Part shown: positions 27,058 to 31,441 of the stretch, in pieces | Layout: each line of letters begins with the position of its first letter | Numbering within the stretch: position 1 is the first letter of the stretch | IMG/VR virus record: IMGVR_UViG_3300032319_000855 | Span: 1-31,441 of that record | Reading direction: 5' to 3' (one strand) | Source: a virus | Lineage: Duplodnaviria > Caudoviricetes | Length of the DNA stretch: 31,441 nt | Notes under the pieces: generated by a model | The model's input: only the letters and a program-made list of their open reading frames with translations | What the model was told of the DNA's origin: nothing | Databases searched by the model: none | Made by a program: the position numbers and the translations under genes

Positions 27058-28314
27058 TTATATTTTAAATTCTTTAGTTTTGTTTGCAAATCTAGCACCT
27101 GACAAAGAAGCTAGTATATCTATTCTTTTTTCTAATTGTTCTTTTAATAATTGAATTGTTACCAATACAACTAATTTTAAAAGATATTTTTTAATCCAAT
27201 TAAATATAACACAAAAAATATCTTCATAAATTGTATCAAATATATTTTCAATTAATGTTTTAAATTTTTCAAATAATGCAGGTATATCAAGACTACCTAA
27301 ATCAGCACCTAAGTCTAATACTTTATTAATTATTGACATTATGAATAAAACTACAGGTTGTTTTACAATTATTGATAAAATAGCTTCTATAATAGTATTT
27401 ATTATATTTTTACAATAATCATTACTACTATTTGAACCTACTTCAGTATTATATTCAGGTATTAATGATTTAAAGTTTTGAATTGTCGGTGTAGCAATTA
27501 AGCTATCAATTTTCTGATTTGTAATTTCTATATTTTCTCTAAAACAAGATGAATCAATATTATAACCTTTTACATTTTTATCTAATTCTAAATCTAATAA
27601 CTTTTTTAAATCCATTTTAAAGACATCTTTCGTTTCATATCTTGTGTATGAACGAATTATTGTTAATATCTGTGCATCTTCTTTTGTAAAATCAGTATGA
27701 AATAATATATTAATGATTTCATTAATAACAACATTGGCACTAAATATTGGACCTGCTAATAGTCTTAAACCATCAAAAAGTTCATGTGCTGAAATACTTG
27801 GTAATGTTGTTTCTACTGTACCACTTACTTCAACATATTTCATTTTTATATTTCCTGAATTATTACCTAAAGGAAAAGTTTTAGTTGTACCTGCCTGTCT
27901 TAAAACATCATTTTTTATATCTTTAAAAAATTTATTTGTTTGTGCAGCAGATTGTTGTGATAATTCAGGTTTTTTAAATGAGTTTGCAGGGTCAATTGAT
28001 TTTAGTGATAAATTAAAAGTAGTTGTATTTGATGATAAATTTTCAGGTATAGTTTTACCTATTGAGTCATATACTTTATCACTTAAATTATTTAAATATT
28101 TTTGTGTAATTATGGTTGACAATGCTACTTGTGTTAATGTTTCTAAACCATTTTCACCAATTGTGGTCTTAACTAAATCAAATAAAAAATCATATGGATT
28201 ATTGCTTTTTGATAATACTGAATCAAAAGTAGTATTATTAAGTTTTGAATGTGCAATACCTACATATAATTTAATTTTATCAAATATTTTTGATTTACTA
28301 GATTCTATACTCAT
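27058..28314 (-). CDS. Hypothetical protein with amphipathic helical C-terminus
   Basis: 418-aa ORF directly downstream of the baseplate wedge gene. Confidence 0.7.
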   Translation of the reverse strand: MSIESSKSKIFDKIKLYVGIAHSKLNNTTFDSVLSKSNNPYDFLFDLVKTTIGENGLETLTQVALSTIITQKYLNNLSDKVYDSIGKTIPENLSSNTTTFNLSLKSIDPANSFKKPELSQQSAAQTNKFFKDIKNDVLRQAGTTKTFPLGNNSGNIKMKYVEVSGTVETTLPSISAHELFDGLRLLAGPIFSANVVINEIINILFHTDFTKEDAQILTIIRSYTRYETKDVFKMDLKKLLDLELDKNVKGYNIDSSCFRENIEITNQKIDSLIATPTIQNFKSLIPEYNTEVGSNSSNDYCKNIINTIIEAILSIIVKQPVVLFIMSIINKVLDLGADLGSLDIPALFEKFKTLIENIFDTIYEDIFCVIFNWIKKYLLKLVVLVTIQLLKEQLEKRIDILASLSGARFANKTKEFKI

Positions 28315-28315
28315 A

Positions 28316-30133
28316 TTATCCTAATTTTGATACTGTTATTTTAACATCCGTATTATATTTTATTTCAAAAATTCCATCATATGAATTATACAAAGTACCA
28401 TCTGACAAATCAAGTTCTTTTGTTGTATCATCTAAAAAAGTTGTACTCATTTGATTTGTTGAATATAAACCCCCAACTTTATTAAATCCTTTAATAGAGT
28501 TAATATTAATTACATTTGGTACATTATTAATTGCTTCAATCAATCTTCCGATATAAATATTTTCACCAATTTTTGCTTTGTATACAGAATGAAAATCTAA
28601 TACTTCTTTGATTACTCTTGCAATTATATCAAAGTCATTTGTGGTTGTTTTTTCAACTAAAACATTAATCTTATATTCTAAATTATAGATTTGACCATCC
28701 TCAACTTCAATATAATCATTAACCATTCTATATGATGTTAAAAATTCAGCAATATTTTGTTTCAAAAGGTCGGTAGATGTATTATTTAATTTACTTTGAG
28801 AGTCAATTCCGATAATATTATAGATAATTTTATTATTTCTTAATGAAGTTGTGAATTTAAATGGTACACCATATTTACCATCCATTCTAAATAAAATTGC
28901 ATAATAGTCTTCTAATGTAACTGCTCTATTTTGTGCGGAATAATTATAAGAAATCATATTTCTTAATTCATCAATAGTTAAACTATCTTTTCCACCTAAA
29001 GCAGGAATTGGATTTGTACAAGTTATAGAGTTTATAACAGCTTGATTTACATTTGCACTTGGACCATTAACAAAAACATTTTTATTATTAATATTAACAA
29101 CTGTATTTGGACCAAGATTGGTATTTAGACCACCTCCTGTTCTATATTTAATAAAAATTGTAGAATTTCCTGGTACTTTTTCACCTAATGATGTATTATA
29201 TAAATAAGATTCTATTTTTGAAAAATTATCTAAATTTTCTAATGTATTAGTGAATATATTCATTGCACCACTACCACCTCCAAATGTTATTCTGCAATAT
29301 CCTTCTTCATTAAATTCTTTAATAAATTTCTTTTTTATTTTTTTCCAATTACCTTTTCTAACACCGTTTTCAGAAATTACAGGTGATGTTTCAATAAAAA
29401 CTTCAGTTTCTGCCAAATAGTATACTTGAAAATATTGTAAAGTTTGGTCATTAAATTCATCATCGGTTGGTAATGTGCTTATATTACCATTTTTAATAAC
29501 AATTGATGTTATATCAATAATATCATCTTCGGGTAGTACTAATTGATAAAATGGAATTGCTTCATTATTTGTTACAAATCTTCTTGCAACTCTTGTTGAG
29601 CCATTATATACAATTTCTTGTTTTGTAATTGTATAAGCAATAACTTCATTAAAACTATTTAAAATCGGTATAATAGTCCTATTTGCAATACCTTGATTTG
29701 AAACATCTAAAGAAAAATCAACATCATCAAGTAATTCAAATACAACATTTCCATTGGTAAATTGAGTTCCTGCTTTTACAACAGGTAGATAACTATTATT
29801 ATATGAATCATTTTGTGCAGGAATATTTGCACTAATATTAATTAATGTAATTGATGGTTTTTTATTTGGTAATTTTACACCAAGATTTTTAGCAATATTA
29901 AATAATGATTTTTTTAATTGAGCATTCTCAAGCTGTGTTTCTTGAAATACACGGTCAAGATTGAAATAGTTCATTTCACTTGTACCTGCAAGAATATCAA
30001 CAAAGACAGACCCGACTGAATTATCCTCTAAATTTAGAAACACATCAGGATAATTGCTTTTTATAAAACTTTTTATTTCTTCTTTTATTTCAAAAAAGTT
30101 TCTCTTATTATAATTTAAAACAGTAGTAGCCAT
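28316..30133 (-). CDS. Baseplate wedge subunit, T4 gp6 / Baseplate_J-like
   Basis: LNYNKRNFFEIKEEI, DNSVGSVFVDILA, NIAKNLG, ITFGGG, IKYRTGGG..TN, TNPIPALGGKD and AQNRAVTLEDY. Confidence 0.9.
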   Translation of the reverse strand: MATTVLNYNKRNFFEIKEEIKSFIKSNYPDVFLNLEDNSVGSVFVDILAGTSEMNYFNLDRVFQETQLENAQLKKSLFNIAKNLGVKLPNKKPSITLINISANIPAQNDSYNNSYLPVVKAGTQFTNGNVVFELLDDVDFSLDVSNQGIANRTIIPILNSFNEVIAYTITKQEIVYNGSTRVARRFVTNNEAIPFYQLVLPEDDIIDITSIVIKNGNISTLPTDDEFNDQTLQYFQVYYLAETEVFIETSPVISENGVRKGNWKKIKKKFIKEFNEEGYCRITFGGGSGAMNIFTNTLENLDNFSKIESYLYNTSLGEKVPGNSTIFIKYRTGGGLNTNLGPNTVVNINNKNVFVNGPSANVNQAVINSITCTNPIPALGGKDSLTIDELRNMISYNYSAQNRAVTLEDYYAILFRMDGKYGVPFKFTTSLRNNKIIYNIIGIDSQSKLNNTSTDLLKQNIAEFLTSYRMVNDYIEVEDGQIYNLEYKINVLVEKTTTNDFDIIARVIKEVLDFHSVYKAKIGENIYIGRLIEAINNVPNVININSIKGFNKVGGLYSTNQMSTTFLDDTTKELDLSDGTLYNSYDGIFEIKYNTDVKITVSKLG

Positions 30134-30134
30134 T

Positions 30135-30183
30135 TAAATAGTTATTTACCATAAATAGTTAAAAAAATACTATTTATAATAAA
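30135..30183. promoter_or_regulatory. Divergent cluster of three ACTATTTA motifs
   Basis: Minus-strand copies at 30159-30152 and 30142-30135 face the baseplate gene. Plus-strand ACTATTTATAATAAA at 30169-30183 faces ATG 30188. Confidence 0.7.
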
Positions 30184-30187
30184 GAAT

Positions 30188-30610
30188 ATGCCAAGACTTA
30201 AACGCTCCAAATTATCATTAACACAAGAAAGTATTGAGAAACATATGAACGAAGTTTATAGCATTCTTGAGAATTATAAACAAATGGGTGTGAGGCACTA
30301 TAATTTTGTGCTTCGTATCATTGAAGAGTTAGGCTCAGACAGCATTGAAGACCCTGTAAGGCTTCAATTAATGGCGCAGCTTGAGCAGTCAAGGAACAAT
30401 TCTTTGAATGCCTTTAAAGAGTATTTAAAGATGAAAACCGACTTAATTACCAAACATCTTAATAGTGTTAAAATATTTGGTGATTTAGATATTAAAACCA
30501 ATAAATCTAAAAATACTAGCGGTGATGATTCTTCTTTAAGTAAAGAAGACCAAGATGAGGTTCAGAAAATGATTCAAGAACTTATGACCATGAAGCAAAC
30601 TAAATTCTAA
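30188..30610 (+). CDS. Hypothetical helical protein
   Basis: 140-aa ORF with its own ACTATTTA motif, a basic N-terminus and an acidic C-terminal helix. Confidence 0.75.
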   Translation: MPRLKRSKLSLTQESIEKHMNEVYSILENYKQMGVRHYNFVLRIIEELGSDSIEDPVRLQLMAQLEQSRNNSLNAFKEYLKMKTDLITKHLNSVKIFGDLDIKTNKSKNTSGDDSSLSKEDQDEVQKMIQELMTMKQTKF

Positions 30611-31176
30611 CTAAAAATTATAGAATTTAATTTTTCTGTATTTAATGTTGGATTTGGTGAATATGAAAAAATATCTATATGATTTAAAAAGATAATTGAA
30701 TTTTCTTCTTTATTTTTTATATTTATTTGTTTTAAATTCAAACTATGTTTATTTCCCAAATATAATATTAAATGACCAAGAGATTCAGTTTGGATTTTGG
30801 TGTATTTTTCGTAATAAGAAAATTCTTTACTTGATACAATCTCCTCAACATCTTTAACATCAATAATTTCATTACACCAATTAAAAAATACATTTTCTTC
30901 TTTTGAAAGTTTGCCCGAATTTTCAAGAGCAATAAAAATTGATGACTTGTTTATTTTTTCTATTGTTGTGAAATCAGAATAATATTTTTCATCAAATAAT
31001 TTATGAATACTACCATCTCTTTTTACAATATAAGAAGGTGTATAATCTTTCTTTTTTAATGATAAAATGTATTTATCAAAATTGCTTCTTAAAGAATCAC
31101 AAATGATAATATATTTTTTCTCAGTCTCTGACTTTATAAAATTATCAATAGGATTAATTAGAATTTCTTTAAGCAT
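30607..31176 (-). CDS. N-acetylmuramoyl-L-alanine amidase (Amidase_2)-like protein, apparently degenerate
   Basis: YIVKRDGSIHKL, NKSSIFIALENSG, YTKIQTESL..LI..L and a terminal PNP follow the Amidase_2 pattern, but the IVLH His and SIGIE Glu are not conserved. Confidence 0.55.
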   Translation of the reverse strand: MLKEILINPIDNFIKSETEKKYIIICDSLRSNFDKYILSLKKKDYTPSYIVKRDGSIHKLFDEKYYSDFTTIEKINKSSIFIALENSGKLSKEENVFFNWCNEIIDVKDVEEIVSSKEFSYYEKYTKIQTESLGHLILYLGNKHSLNLKQINIKNKEENSIIFLNHIDIFSYSPNPTLNTEKLNSIIFS

Positions 31177-31441
31177 CTATGCACAATCTTTTCATTACCC
31201 TTCCTGTTAGTGCAACATCCATTTCACAATAATTAACAATCTTTTGCAGATTCTTTTCTTTGTGAAATGTTGAACCAACCATTGACCCATCCATTGTATC
31301 TTTATGTGTTTCAAGACCTAAACAACTTGCAACAGCATCCAAAGAAACAAAATTTCTTGTATTCATTTGCCATAAAAGAAATATATCTTTAAATTTTGCT
31401 GATAATTCCCAAGGTTTCTTGTCAAAAATTCTAAAAATAGA
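31169..31441 (-). CDS. 3'-5' exonuclease related to PolB exonuclease domain (5'-truncated by window edge)
   Basis: The frame is open to the window end (SIFRIFDKKPWE...DIFLLWQ). SLDAVASCLG...K..MDGS.V and the ExoIII motif YCEMDV are present. Confidence 0.8.
   Translation of the reverse strand, partial: SIFRIFDKKPWELSAKFKDIFLLWQMNTRNFVSLDAVASCLGLETHKDTMDGSMVGSTFHKEKNLQKIVNYCEMDVALTGRVMKRLCIDA

Noticed and set aside
27713-28324. 203-aa antisense ORF, and similar ones at 874, 987, 5609, 6644, 9051, 11172, 13251, 15197, 17325, 21505, 22136 and 26806
   Set aside because: They lie opposite well-supported genes and have the Ser/Leu/Phe/Ile-rich composition of shadow ORFs, with no motifs or promoters.
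29654-29661. ACTATTTA copy on the plus strand inside the baseplate gene (also CTATTTA at 12532 and within the phoH intein)
   Set aside because: No start codon of a credible gene follows; a few chance hits are expected at this AT content.
30188-30610. Terminase small subunit call
   Set aside because: Size, helicity and the late motif are compatible, but I recognised no motif and there is no neighbouring large terminase.
1-31441. Stop-codon reassignment, as in some jumbo and crAss-like phages
   Set aside because: Genes are long and tightly packed under code 11. TAG (1906, 30607, 31169) and TGA (4356, 22108, 23938) end genes at sensible boundaries.
1-31441. CRISPR array, tRNA or rRNA genes
   Set aside because: I saw no regularly spaced direct repeats or cloverleaf-like GC-rich segments; intergenic gaps are almost all under 100 nt.

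Overview
This is a very AT-rich segment (roughly 25% GC by eye) of a large contractile-tailed phage genome with T4-like structural genes, using the standard genetic code. The host is most likely Bacteroidota: there is a TTTG-N19-TAnnTTTG host promoter, a Bacteroidota-type short RpoD-like sigma factor, a Flavobacterium-type class Id ribonucleotide reductase, and no Shine-Dalgarno sequences. Virion genes include the 3' part of the major capsid protein, neck proteins, baseplate wedge and spike proteins, tail sheath and tail tube. Other genes are Hsp20, nrdAB, phoH, two sigma factors flanking an atypical primase-like gene, a degenerate amidase and a partial 3'-5' exonuclease. nrdA and phoH each carry a LAGLIDADG intein: an FN-ending intein at the NrdA catalytic Cys and an Ala-starting class 3 intein in the PhoH P-loop. 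The main signals not explained by gene calls are (i) a strongly enriched [S/T]-[G/A]-x-[S/T] peptide motif in virion proteins, a candidate modification or glycosylation sequon, and (ii) three distinct promoter types: a host sigma-A promoter before the phage sigma operon, a recurrent ACTATTTA-N3-TAAA motif before structural genes, and a sigma54-like site before Hsp20. I saw no CRISPR array, tRNA or rRNA. All family assignments come from motif recognition, not from searches.
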